Virus record (IMG/VR): IMGVR_UViG_3300025010_000048 | Span: 8,331-72,330 of that record | Direction: 5' to 3' (one strand) | Length of the DNA stretch: 64,000 bases | Source: a virus | Shown here: positions 50,261 to 59,392 of the stretch, piece after piece | Numbering within the stretch: position 1 is the first letter of the stretch | How the letters are laid out: each line of letters starts with the position of its first letter | Made by a program: the position numbers and the translations under genes | The notes under the pieces: generated by a model | The model's database searches: none | The model's input: only the letters and a program-made list of their open reading frames with translations | Told to the model about the DNA's origin: nothing

Positions 50261-50800
50261 TTGAAGGTAGTTGGCATAGACGCTAGTTTGACGAGTACCG
50301 GAATAGGATCGATGATTTATGGAGAGCTAGATAATTGCCTTGTTACTAGCTTAGTTAAGAGCAATAGGACAGGAGTTTACCGCTTAATTGAGATAAGGGA
50401 AAGAGTTTTTAAGGCGGTTGTCGGTGCCGACTTAGTTTTAATTGAGGGATACTCTTATGCTTCCCCTAATCAAGCGCATCAAGTGGGAGAGTTGGGCGGT
50501 GTTCTTCGGGTTATGTTTGCCGAATGTAACTTGAAAGTTTTGGAGGTTGCGCCTAAACAACTAAAGAAATTCGCAACTGGAAATGGCAGCTCAAGTAAAG
50601 AGCAAATAGCCGTTGCCGCATACAAGAAATGGGGTATAGAGTGCCGTACAAACGATGAAACGGACGCTGCGGTACTTGTGCATATCGGACTAGCTTATAT
50701 GGGTAATACAGACAGCTTAACGGCATATCAGCAGGAAGTTATTGACGCTCTGCATGGCAAGTCGGAGGTCAAGGTAAAGCGGAAGAAGAAAGAAAAATGA
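50261..50800 (+). CDS. RuvC-like Holliday junction resolvase
   Basis: GIDASLTSTG, IEGY, KKFATG.G, DETDA. Confidence 0.85.
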   Translation: MKVVGIDASLTSTGIGSMIYGELDNCLVTSLVKSNRTGVYRLIEIRERVFKAVVGADLVLIEGYSYASPNQAHQVGELGGVLRVMFAECNLKVLEVAPKQLKKFATGNGSSSKEQIAVAAYKKWGIECRTNDETDAAVLVHIGLAYMGNTDSLTAYQQEVIDALHGKSEVKVKRKKKEK

Positions 50801-51654
50801 GACTAACGGCAGACCAAGAAAACCAACTAACCAGTGAATTTATCGCGTTCTGCGAGACTCACCGGGATAAGTTGGCAGGGATGAAAGATAACTCTGACCG
50901 CATGAATTTTATGATGTTGAAACTGAGGCATATTCCGCAATATTTGATGTTGAGGAAAGTTAGACCCTATTTGGTTAAGGGGGATTAAATTTGTATCCGT
51001 ATTGGATTATACATGGTGTTATTTTTATATCTCAATTGCCTCCAGAAATACAGGAAACTCTTAAAATACTTGTTGATAATATGCGTGAACAAGAAGAATT
51101 ATGTAAAAGATTTAGTATTATAGATAATTTATGTGAATATGATACGTCCATATACCTTTATGAAGAAAACCTACCCTTATGGCGAAGGACTGAATATCAA
51201 GAGAATACACGCAAACTTAAATCAGCCGTAAAATTTAGGCGTGATAGACATACGACAAGGGCAAATTTGTGGTCTGGGGAAAGGAAAAGGCAATGCTTAG
51301 AGACACAATAGGTCCAAATCCACTAAGAATATGCGACACTAATCCCCTAGACTACAAAACAGTCAACGGTAAATGGGTGCTGATACCGGGATGGTGGAGA
51401 GAAATAAAAGATCCTCCGAAGTTTGTTGAAACTAAGGCAAAGGGAAAGAAAGGGTGATGTAATGAGTTATGTCGGAACTCCAAGGATATGTGAACGGTGC
51501 ATGAACAGCCATGTTGACGGTGGCAAGGCAAGAGAGATAACCTGCCTTGATGGAAATTCAATCTACTTTAAGCAGGACGTATCAATGTTGAGAATGGCAT
51601 CCTGTTTGGTGCCGAAACAGAAGGGTAAGAAGTACGCTACTAGACGATAGAACA

Positions 51655-51682
51655 TGCCGGGGTTATTGCCCCGGTTATTTTT
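51655..51682 (+). terminator. Terminator between convergent operons
   Basis: GCCGGGG ttattg CCCCGGT followed by T-run. Confidence 0.65.
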
Positions 51683-52580
51683 ATGCAACAAAAAACGATA
51701 CAGACCGTGGACGCTGTACCGTTTAGTGGGGTAGTATACTTTGGATTATTTTAGTGCCAGTAAGATAATCCGCGATAATGTTATATTCGACGTGCGGTAG
51801 GGATTGTCCTGCTTACGGTAGGACGGGGTGTGGTTTGATAGCCTTAATACTTTCCATAACTTTCTTGTGCAATTTTTTATATCAGGACAATCATTGTCAA
51901 ATTTATCAACGTCAGGCCAAATAAAGATATATCCGTTTTCATGTAATGTTAAGTCATATTGCTTAAAACCACACAACTCTCTCAGTCTATCCTTCTGTTT
52001 ATCGGTAAGTTGTGCAAGGTCGGATGGTTTCAAGTCGTTGTTTCAATATTCCATCTCCTTCTCATATTCCTCCAGGTTAACTTCCCCATCCTCGTCAACT
52101 AGCCGACAATCTAGTAATGGCTTGAAGTTTTCTCTGTCGGATATGGTGCAACGGTTGGAGAGGAAACTATTTCGGTAGAATGGACATGCGGTGCATTTCA
52201 TTGGTTAATCCTCCTGTAAAAATCAGCACACCAAACATAATTATCCTCGTTTTCTACACTTCTATGATCATAGAGATTACCAACAAAGTCCTTAATTCTT
52301 CCTTCGCTTGTATATCCCTTAGACTTCATTTCTTTAATATGATTATTTCTTTCTTCCTCAGAGTCAGTGTCCTCCTTTACTGAACGGCATATTTAAGCAT
52401 TAACAGAGCAATTCCATAATTAATTAACGCACCTGCCGGAACTCCGCAACCCCAAGCAATAGCCATATTTTTAAAAAAACTTCTTTCATAAGAAAGTCTG
52501 GATAAAATTAATACGGGAGTTAGACCGCCAAAAAACATTCCGGTCAAGAAAGTTATACCGTTGATTGTGTCTATGGTCAA

Positions 52581-52991
52581 TTACTTTTCCTCCTTCTCTA
52601 TTTCTTTGATGTCAAAAACAATCCCTTCGCACCACGGTTGTCCATCCTCAAAAACATCAAATGTGGCATGGGGAATAGATGTTTCGTAAGTCCAAAAATA
52701 TTTTCCTTTATTGCAAATAACTTTAATGGACCTAGTTTTCTTTTTAGCTATTAGGGAATATTTACATTCACACTCGCAATCTTCAAATAGACCGTCCTTA
52801 TTAAGTAAAATTTCCCCTCCATTATAGCAACCAACTTCATCATAAATAAAACCTCTCAGTTCTGCATGATCGTCTGAATAGCCGAAAATAACAACAAAAC
52901 CAAGTTCTTTAGCCTGCAATTCTTCTTCTTTAGTAATCTCTTTTCCCATTTCTCTTCCATTTAGTATTGCCGCAAATTCAAATATGTTCAA
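52581..52991 (-). CDS. Conserved hypothetical phage protein
   Basis: VVIFGYSDD..ELRG...WTYETSIPHATF. Confidence 0.65.
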   Translation of the reverse strand: MNIFEFAAILNGREMGKEITKEEELQAKELGFVVIFGYSDDHAELRGFIYDEVGCYNGGEILLNKDGLFEDCECECKYSLIAKKKTRSIKVICNKGKYFWTYETSIPHATFDVFEDGQPWCEGIVFDIKEIEKEEK

Positions 52992-53498
52992 TTTACTTTT
53001 CCTCCTTCTTTTTCTTGGGTTTAGTAACTATCAACCCAATTAACTGATCTTTATTTATACTGCCCACGTAATTTAATTTACCCACATTGACTGCCCGCTT
53101 ACACCACTCAAAACCTTGGCAAGTAAAGCAAAATTGGCTTATTGATTCTTCTCCCTCAGGCAATCTTAAATCAAGTTCCTTCACCGAAACGCAGTCCCAA
53201 AGTTCTAAAAACTTCTTAACCCGTTCAACTAGCCTGATATAATGGTTGTCACGATAAATATAAGTACCTATGCCCCACTTGCCAGACATTTCACTCTGTT
53301 GTCCATTATTAAATTTTATTTTATCGTTATGCCAATTATAAATCTCCTTAGTTGTGCAACATTCTAAATCAGGGGTAAAATCGTGCGGATCGTCAGGTAA
53401 AGCAAGTCCGTATCCGACATATATTGCCCTATCTTCTAAATAAGGTAATATCTCTGCAAGAAAATCATAATGTAGTGCTAACGTTAAATACTCTCTCC

Positions 53499-53639
53499 TC
53501 AATTGGCTTCCTCCTTCTTCAATAATTCCTCAATAGCCTTCTGAACAAGTCTAGTCTGAGGTATCATCGTTTTATCCGAGAGTTTCTTTAATCTCTCAAT
53601 AACTTCCTCGTCAATGGTATATGTTACGGATTTTTTCAT
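53499..53639 (-). CDS. Ribbon-helix-helix regulator
   Basis: MKKSVTYTIDEEVIERLKKLSDKTMIPQTRLVQKAIE; AGGAGG RBS. Confidence 0.7.
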   Translation of the reverse strand: MKKSVTYTIDEEVIERLKKLSDKTMIPQTRLVQKAIEELLKKEEAN

Positions 53640-53947
53640 ATCGCACCTCCTAGAATATTATACAATAGTTATATTGCTAAGTAAATACTTTTTATACCGC
53701 AAACGGTAAATTTATACCGCAAAATAAAGGACAAAAAAATAAGACCTTCGGGAGGTCTTGGAATAATTATTGAGTACACTACTAGAAGTTTCCTGTCGGG
53801 CAATGACTACCGACCGGGTAAATCGCTAATGTGTTAAAAAGATTGAAGTAAGGAGGATGTCACCTGCCTCTCATGTTAGATTTGTTGGAGTTATTATATT
53901 ATTCGCCATCGTGGGTTGTTTTTCCTGCTTGATGGTAGTATAATATG

Positions 53948-54448
53948 AGTAAGCGGTGACAGAGTGGTATCGTTAAAACCGTGGGGTACGGTGAGAAATC
54001 TGTGGGCGTGGGCTTTTGTTGTCCCGGTTCGGAAGGGCGCAGATGGAATTGCAAGGTTCGAGTCCTTGTCCGCTTATTAATGCCACTATCACTACATCCC
54101 TTGGTTTATATCAAGGACTAGGTGATTAGGGCATTTAAAATCCGACATTACTGCAACATGAATCAATTCATGGTTTTGTGTCGGATAGAAGGTAGATTGG
54201 GTGGAGGCGCAAAGAGTGACGCTATATCTAAGACCTGGAAGTGAGTCCGTTTCGATTCGGACATAGAGCATGGTTGCTAGTGCCAGGCATTTGTAGGGTT
54301 TAATTCCTTACCCACTCAAAGCATATCTACCAATTGTCCAAGAGACGCAATGCAGGGCGTTGAGGATTAACGGCAGTAATCGTTACTTCTGCGCGTGAGG
54401 TGTGACCTGTCGGGCAAAACTCTCTCTAACCGGGGGAGTTTTGTTTTA
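53948..54448 (+). ncRNA. Large structured non-coding RNA with two tRNA-like modules (53950-54076, 54198-54318)
   Basis: TATAAT upstream; ORF-free and helix-rich; T-loop GGTTCGAGTCC; terminator at 54414-54448. Confidence 0.65.
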
Positions 54449-54471
54449 CCGTATAAAGGAGATAATGGCGT

Positions 54472-54840
54472 ATGAAAATAAGAATAAATAAGCAAAATAA
54501 AGACGCATATATTAAAACATTAACTGATAGTTTGGTTAGATTTATAGATTTCTGTAATAAATCTAACGATGATAAATATGTTCCATATAGAGATATTGCA
54601 GAAGATGTTTTAGTTAACTATAATAAAATATCATTAAACGTATTGCAATTTTGCTTTGACGTAAAAAATATAGACTGCATTGTATATCCTAGCAATATGC
54701 TTCGCGTTATGTATGCTTTTAGGGATTATGTCTATAACGGAAAAGAATTGCTATCTATATATGAGCAGCAGGAAAAATCTAAAAAATATCACCATTTTGA
54801 TTTTAGTGTAAAAAAACCTAAGACATTGACCAATATTTAA
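54472..54840 (+). CDS. Hypothetical protein
   Basis: AGGAG RBS, AT-rich. Confidence 0.55.
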   Translation: MKIRINKQNKDAYIKTLTDSLVRFIDFCNKSNDDKYVPYRDIAEDVLVNYNKISLNVLQFCFDVKNIDCIVYPSNMLRVMYAFRDYVYNGKELLSIYEQQEKSKKYHHFDFSVKKPKTLTNI

Positions 54841-55018
54841 ACATAAAAACCCCGGCAACCATCCGGAAATTCCGGACAGTTAACCAGGACTGCTTTTTTA
54901 TTTCCGCAATTTTGGTACCGACATTCATGTCGAGAACAATAGTTCGTAAAATAAAATAAAAACCCCGGCAACCTGTAAGGAATACTCACAAGTTCCGGGG
55001 TTGAAGTTAATTCGCGTA

Positions 55019-55234
55019 TTATAGTTTTTCCGTTTTGTCAGTATCCTTATTCATTTCTGAGCCAACCAAGAATCTACCGCCAGCAGCTAGACCTATGCTT
55101 GTGCCGAAAATGAATATCAACTCTCTTATGCTGTCTAATGGTTTACCTGCTAGACAGGTGTATAGGTATGTAGCCAAACAAACAGCCATACATGCCGCAA
55201 AAAACCAGTCCATTTTAGTGAATTCTTTTTTCAT
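55019..55234 (-). CDS. Putative holin
   Basis: Two TM helices, charged tail, in lysis cluster. Confidence 0.5.
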   Translation of the reverse strand: MKKEFTKMDWFFAACMAVCLATYLYTCLAGKPLDSIRELIFIFGTSIGLAAGGRFLVGSEMNKDTDKTEKL

Positions 55235-55245
55235 TGTCGTACCTC

Positions 55246-55566
55246 CTATTTTATTAGGCAAATAATTAACTGCCCCAAATGTAGACTTTGGTCAATCCAT
55301 AAATCCTTCGTTAGTGCAAATGTTTTATCTTCTTTTCTAGTCTTCCATCTGTCAATGAAGAAGTGACCTATTAGCAACATAGCAACCTTCCATCATGCGA
55401 ATAAGCTAAAATAAATAAGTCCGGCAGATATTACGCCGGACCACATAAACGCATGAGAGAAAAGCAGGTAGTCAAATTTACCCTTCATGTTAGCCAGAAA
55501 TTCACCCTGCAGCGGAAAGTCTGCTATGAAATGTAGGGCGATTAGAAAGAATAATGTTGTTATCAT
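55246..55566 (-). pseudogene. DUF3307-like membrane protein with internal TGA
   Basis: HFIADFPLQ...H...HFFIDRWK...DQSLH; TGA at 55393-55395. Confidence 0.7.
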
Positions 55567-55567
55567 C

Positions 55568-56153
55568 TTAAGCCCTCACTTTCAATTCAAAAGCCATGAC
55601 GATTCCATAAGCGATCTCGTTGGCCAACTTATTGAGAAATACGGAATCTTTCAGCTTTTCCGCATCCTTCTTATTGTCGATAAACCCGTTTTCTATCAGC
55701 ATGGCCGGGATGCCTGCCTCCTGCATCTTTCTTAACACATAGAAGTTAGCTCGTTTCTTGCCCCGGTCGGGCATGTTATTTCTGGTGAATACGGGTGCAG
55801 TGTTGCCGTGTATAACGCCGCGTATTATGTCCGTGGTTATGCCTGCCTTGTTGTGTACGAAACTCTCAAACCCAGTACCTCCACCGGCATTTGTGTGGAT
55901 ACTGAGGAAGAAATCTGCTTTCATTCGTATTGCTTCCTTGGCCGGCAAAGTCATTTCGTCCGATGATGTTGACCGGGGGTTCGTGCAGGATGGTTGCAGG
56001 ATGATTACGTCAACGTCATATTTAGATAGTTTATCCTTGATAATATTAGCGACTACCCAGTTTAGGTTTTTTTCTAATAGACCATTGCCTATGGCTCCAG
56101 AATCTAAACCGCCGTTAATGACCAGGATCAAGAACTAACTTGAATCGTGGCAT
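55568..56153 (-). pseudogene. N-acetylmuramoyl-L-alanine amidase (endolysin) frameshifted by a 4-bp insertion
   Basis: MPRFKLVLDPGH|TAAC|GGLDSGA...SIHTNAGGGTGFE...IENGFIDN. Confidence 0.8.
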
Positions 56154-56166
56154 TTAAACCACCTCC

Positions 56167-56454
56167 TTAGTAATCCTTAAATTTCTTCTTGATTAACGCT
56201 AACCGCTTATCTCCGATGCCTTTAATTTCGTCTAGTTCGCCTATAGTGATGGGTTTATGCGCTGCCCGGTAGTTGACTACCTTTTCTGCCGTAACAGTCC
56301 CTATGCCCTTAATCTCGACTAATTCTGACCTGAGTTGATTGTCGGTTAGCTGGTTAATGTCTTGCTTTTGGAAGTTGAAATACATGAGAGATGTGACTAT
56401 TAAGCCCAAAATAATACATACCGCACATATCCTGCATTGACCTTTATTTAGCAT
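56167..56454 (-). CDS. ComEA-like membrane-anchored helix-hairpin-helix protein
   Basis: TM segment then IKGIG x2. Confidence 0.8.
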   Translation of the reverse strand: MLNKGQCRICAVCIILGLIVTSLMYFNFQKQDINQLTDNQLRSELVEIKGIGTVTAEKVVNYRAAHKPITIGELDEIKGIGDKRLALIKKKFKDY

Positions 56455-56458
56455 ATCC

Positions 56459-56662
56459 TTACCTCCCGGCCAGCCAACCGCAGGCAGCAGTTAGTATGCT
56501 AATAACGGCAGTAGCCCACGGCGGCAACCGATTTTGAAAAGACTTCTGCATCTCGTCCAACTTATTAATCACTCCCTCGAACATTTCTTTTAGGTCTTTC
56601 TGGTTAGAGAAAAGAGTTTTTACTTGCTCCTGTAGACGAACAATTTCGTCGTTGTCGCCCAA
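56459..56662 (-). CDS. XhlA-like holin / membrane protein
   Basis: Coiled coil plus C-terminal TM; AGGAGG RBS before TTG. Confidence 0.55.
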   Translation of the reverse strand: MGDNDEIVRLQEQVKTLFSNQKDLKEMFEGVINKLDEMQKSFQNRLPPWATAVISILTAACGWLAGR

Positions 56663-56863
56663 AGGTATCACCTCCTGGGGTTTTTGTGGTATAATGTTGG
56701 TGTGATGCCAGGGTGTTGCCGCACCCACCGCTATGAAACCCTCCTGGGTTGGCGGGGCATCACTTTTGTGTTCTCCGATTAAATGTTTTGTTAGTTAATT
56801 ATACTATATTGTGAAAAATTTTTCATTATTGGGTGAAAATAAAAACACCCCGGAGGGTGCTAG

Positions 56864-57184
56864 TTATTTGGTCATTATCTTGTCAAATATTTTATTTCCA
56901 ATACTTCTAAACTTCTGATAAACTGCGCTACTTGGATCTCTGCTTTCTCCTAAATATTCTTTCGGAGATTTATTTAGAGCATTGTGATACATTTTGTGTG
57001 AGTTTTCGAGCCTAAGATTTTTTATAAAACTAACAGTAGGTTTCTCTGTCGAAAGTTCATCACACAAATTTCTATGATCCATGTTAAACATAAATTCGTA
57101 ACAGAGCATTGCCCAGTAACATTCCTCATGCGTTGGCATATCTCCGTCTTTCGCACTCGTTATAATATCGTATAATGTTCTCAT
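56864..57184 (-). CDS. Hypothetical protein
   Basis: GAGGTG RBS. Confidence 0.55.
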   Translation of the reverse strand: MRTLYDIITSAKDGDMPTHEECYWAMLCYEFMFNMDHRNLCDELSTEKPTVSFIKNLRLENSHKMYHNALNKSPKEYLGESRDPSSAVYQKFRSIGNKIFDKIMTK

Positions 57185-57256
57185 TTTACACCTCACTATT
57201 TAGTAAAACAATACAAATTGCTACCATACATACAAAAATATTTTCATCTCTCATAA

Positions 57257-58135
57257 CTAAACTTCCTTCTCAGTATCAGATTTGTTGGAAAGAAAGTCAC
57301 GAACAGCATCCAAAACTTTAGGTTTCCATAGTATTTGAAATCCTTCCCATTTGTTAGCGGCGGCATCTTGCATCATTCCGTATTCTTTGCCTGACTCAGT
57401 CAACTTCCAAGGGTTTCTTTTGACTAATCTTTCGGTCCCAGGTTTCTTGCCTGCCTCACGAATACCGTATTGAAAACCCATTTCTTCCAACAATAAGTTT
57501 ACTACGCTGGATTTCATGTCTAACTGTTCTCCTATTTGACTGGCGGTAAGTATCTCGGCATCTTCTTCGCTTACTGCCGGTAATAGTTTTCTGTAGTCGG
57601 TTAATTGTCTGCCTGTTTCTCTCTCGGTTCTGGCAATGGCAACTGCAACCGCACGTTCCGGTCTAATTCCTATCGCCCTGGCAAACTCTTTTGCAAATCT
57701 TATTTCTGCCATTGCTTCGCGGTCCCATGTGGGTATTCTGCGCCGAAGCGATTTGGCCTTCTGTAAAAATGCATCTGCTAAAACGTCTTTTGCCCTTAAC
57801 TGGTATTCGACAAGTCTTTCCTGTACTTCTTCGCTCTCGATAATATTGGCGTTTATTTTAGCCAACCAGAGAGGTAGGAAGTTTAGGTCTAGGACCAATA
57901 TTTCTTGATTCCCTCCGTTAGTAAGGGTGGAGATTTTACGCCCCCCTTTAGAAAGTACAATATCGCTATTTATTTTGTCCCTCTGTGCCTTAGTTTGGTT
58001 TTCATTAAGACCTAAACCATCACACACCCAACTCACACCAACGTAAACTTTATCATCATTGGCCTTTACTGCCATAATATCGGCGCCGTTAAAGTTGACT
58101 AGTTTTTGCTCTACCGGAACAAGTTGACTACTCAT
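57257..58135 (-). CDS. Antirepressor (P22 Ant N-terminal domain)
   Basis: VYVGVSWVCDGLGL...FLPLWLAKI...YQLRAKDVLA.AF. Confidence 0.85.
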   Translation of the reverse strand: MSSQLVPVEQKLVNFNGADIMAVKANDDKVYVGVSWVCDGLGLNENQTKAQRDKINSDIVLSKGGRKISTLTNGGNQEILVLDLNFLPLWLAKINANIIESEEVQERLVEYQLRAKDVLADAFLQKAKSLRRRIPTWDREAMAEIRFAKEFARAIGIRPERAVAVAIARTERETGRQLTDYRKLLPAVSEEDAEILTASQIGEQLDMKSSVVNLLLEEMGFQYGIREAGKKPGTERLVKRNPWKLTESGKEYGMMQDAAANKWEGFQILWKPKVLDAVRDFLSNKSDTEKEV

Positions 58136-58416
58136 AAGCAAGCACCTCCCATTATCTTAGTCAATCGCAACCCGTCGCGCATACCCTGTTCGTATGCCGC
58201 CTGAGTGTCAAGTGCCTGCTTATGGCTATAGGCATCCAATAATTGGGTCATCAACTTTGTGTTTTTCGGTCCTACTAATTCCTCCATCATATTGCGGATA
58301 GAATATAGATTAGCCACAACTTCGCCATAACCTACTTCCTTACTTGCCTCCATTATGGCGTTACCTGACCTGTCAGCGCATAACTCCGCAAAACAATCCT
58401 TGAAACTTTCCCGCAT
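58132..58416 (-). CDS. Hypothetical protein, antirepressor-associated
   Basis: AYEQGMRDGL motif. Confidence 0.6.
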   Translation of the reverse strand: MRESFKDCFAELCADRSGNAIMEASKEVGYGEVVANLYSIRNMMEELVGPKNTKLMTQLLDAYSHKQALDTQAAYEQGMRDGLRLTKIMGGACL

Positions 58417-58568
58417 AATCCCTCCACCTCACTAATATATATTACTTCTATATAAATTATACTACCACAAGGGTAATAAGTCAATACGATAAAGGTAGTA
58501 TAATTAAAAAATAGTTGCAATATAATAACGCATGATGATATACTATATACGGTAGGAGGTGTAAAATA

Positions 58569-58775
58569 ATGATAGTGGTAAAAGTTTCAGAATTAATGGG
58601 TCGTCACCGCATAAACCAAAGGCAGTTATGCCAAATGACCGGAATTAGACCGGGAACCATTTCCCAGTTTTGGCATGGCACGACAAAAAGAATTGAGATT
58701 GAACAAATAGATAAGTTATGTCGCATTCTCAAATGTCAACCGGGAGATTTATTTGAATATGTGCAGGAACAATAA
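58569..58775 (+). CDS. XRE HTH regulator (YozG-like)
   Basis: LC..L.CQPGDLFEY. Confidence 0.85.
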   Translation: MIVVKVSELMGRHRINQRQLCQMTGIRPGTISQFWHGTTKRIEIEQIDKLCRILKCQPGDLFEYVQEQ

Positions 58776-58861
58776 TTAAAAAACTTAATAATTTTCGACA
58801 GAGAATATCAAAGGATATTTTCCCCCTCCCTTGAATACAAATGACATGAGGAGGGGTCGTT

Positions 58862-59227
58862 ATGAGAAAAACATGGTTGTTGCCTATTTTTATAACAGTA
58901 ATACTAATCGTGCTATGGGTTAACCGTTGGGAGTACACGGCAACAAAGACAACTAACTATAAGATTATAAAATGGAAAACAGATCATTGGACAGGTCAAG
59001 TCTGGATGGAGACTTATAAAATCCAGTCTTTTGCCGAATTAGCAGATGTAAAAATAGAACCAATGCAACCGCTAGTCAGTAAAGACCCAAAGAAAACGGA
59101 AACAAACTACACGATAATGTGGATCGTATCTCTCGGCATTAACGCTCTGTGGTTATTGATTGTGACTCCGATTGACAAAAAGAAAGAAAATAATTCAATA
59201 GAGAAAAAGAGTGATTCTAATGGATAA
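58862..59227 (+). CDS. Membrane protein
   Basis: Two TM segments, DHWTGQ. Confidence 0.55.
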   Translation: MRKTWLLPIFITVILIVLWVNRWEYTATKTTNYKIIKWKTDHWTGQVWMETYKIQSFAELADVKIEPMQPLVSKDPKKTETNYTIMWIVSLGINALWLLIVTPIDKKKENNSIEKKSDSNG

Positions 59228-59392
59228 GCAAATGCACTGGACATATATCATAATCATAATGATTTTACTAACAATGGCATTTCCAATAGTAGAAAAAATA
59301 ATCAACTTTATTTGGTGGATAATTTGGATTGTTGTTGTACCTGCTGGAATAATTTTTACTCTATGTTATGAGAAAACGCACAAAGAATAGTG

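Noticed and set aside
53950-54318. Canonical tRNA genes or a stop-codon suppressor
   Set aside because: No 7-nt anticodon loop in the expected position, oversized inserts, no CCA
37226-55566. Genome-wide stop-codon reassignment
   Set aside because: TAG and TGA terminate many well-defined genes; only isolated internal stops
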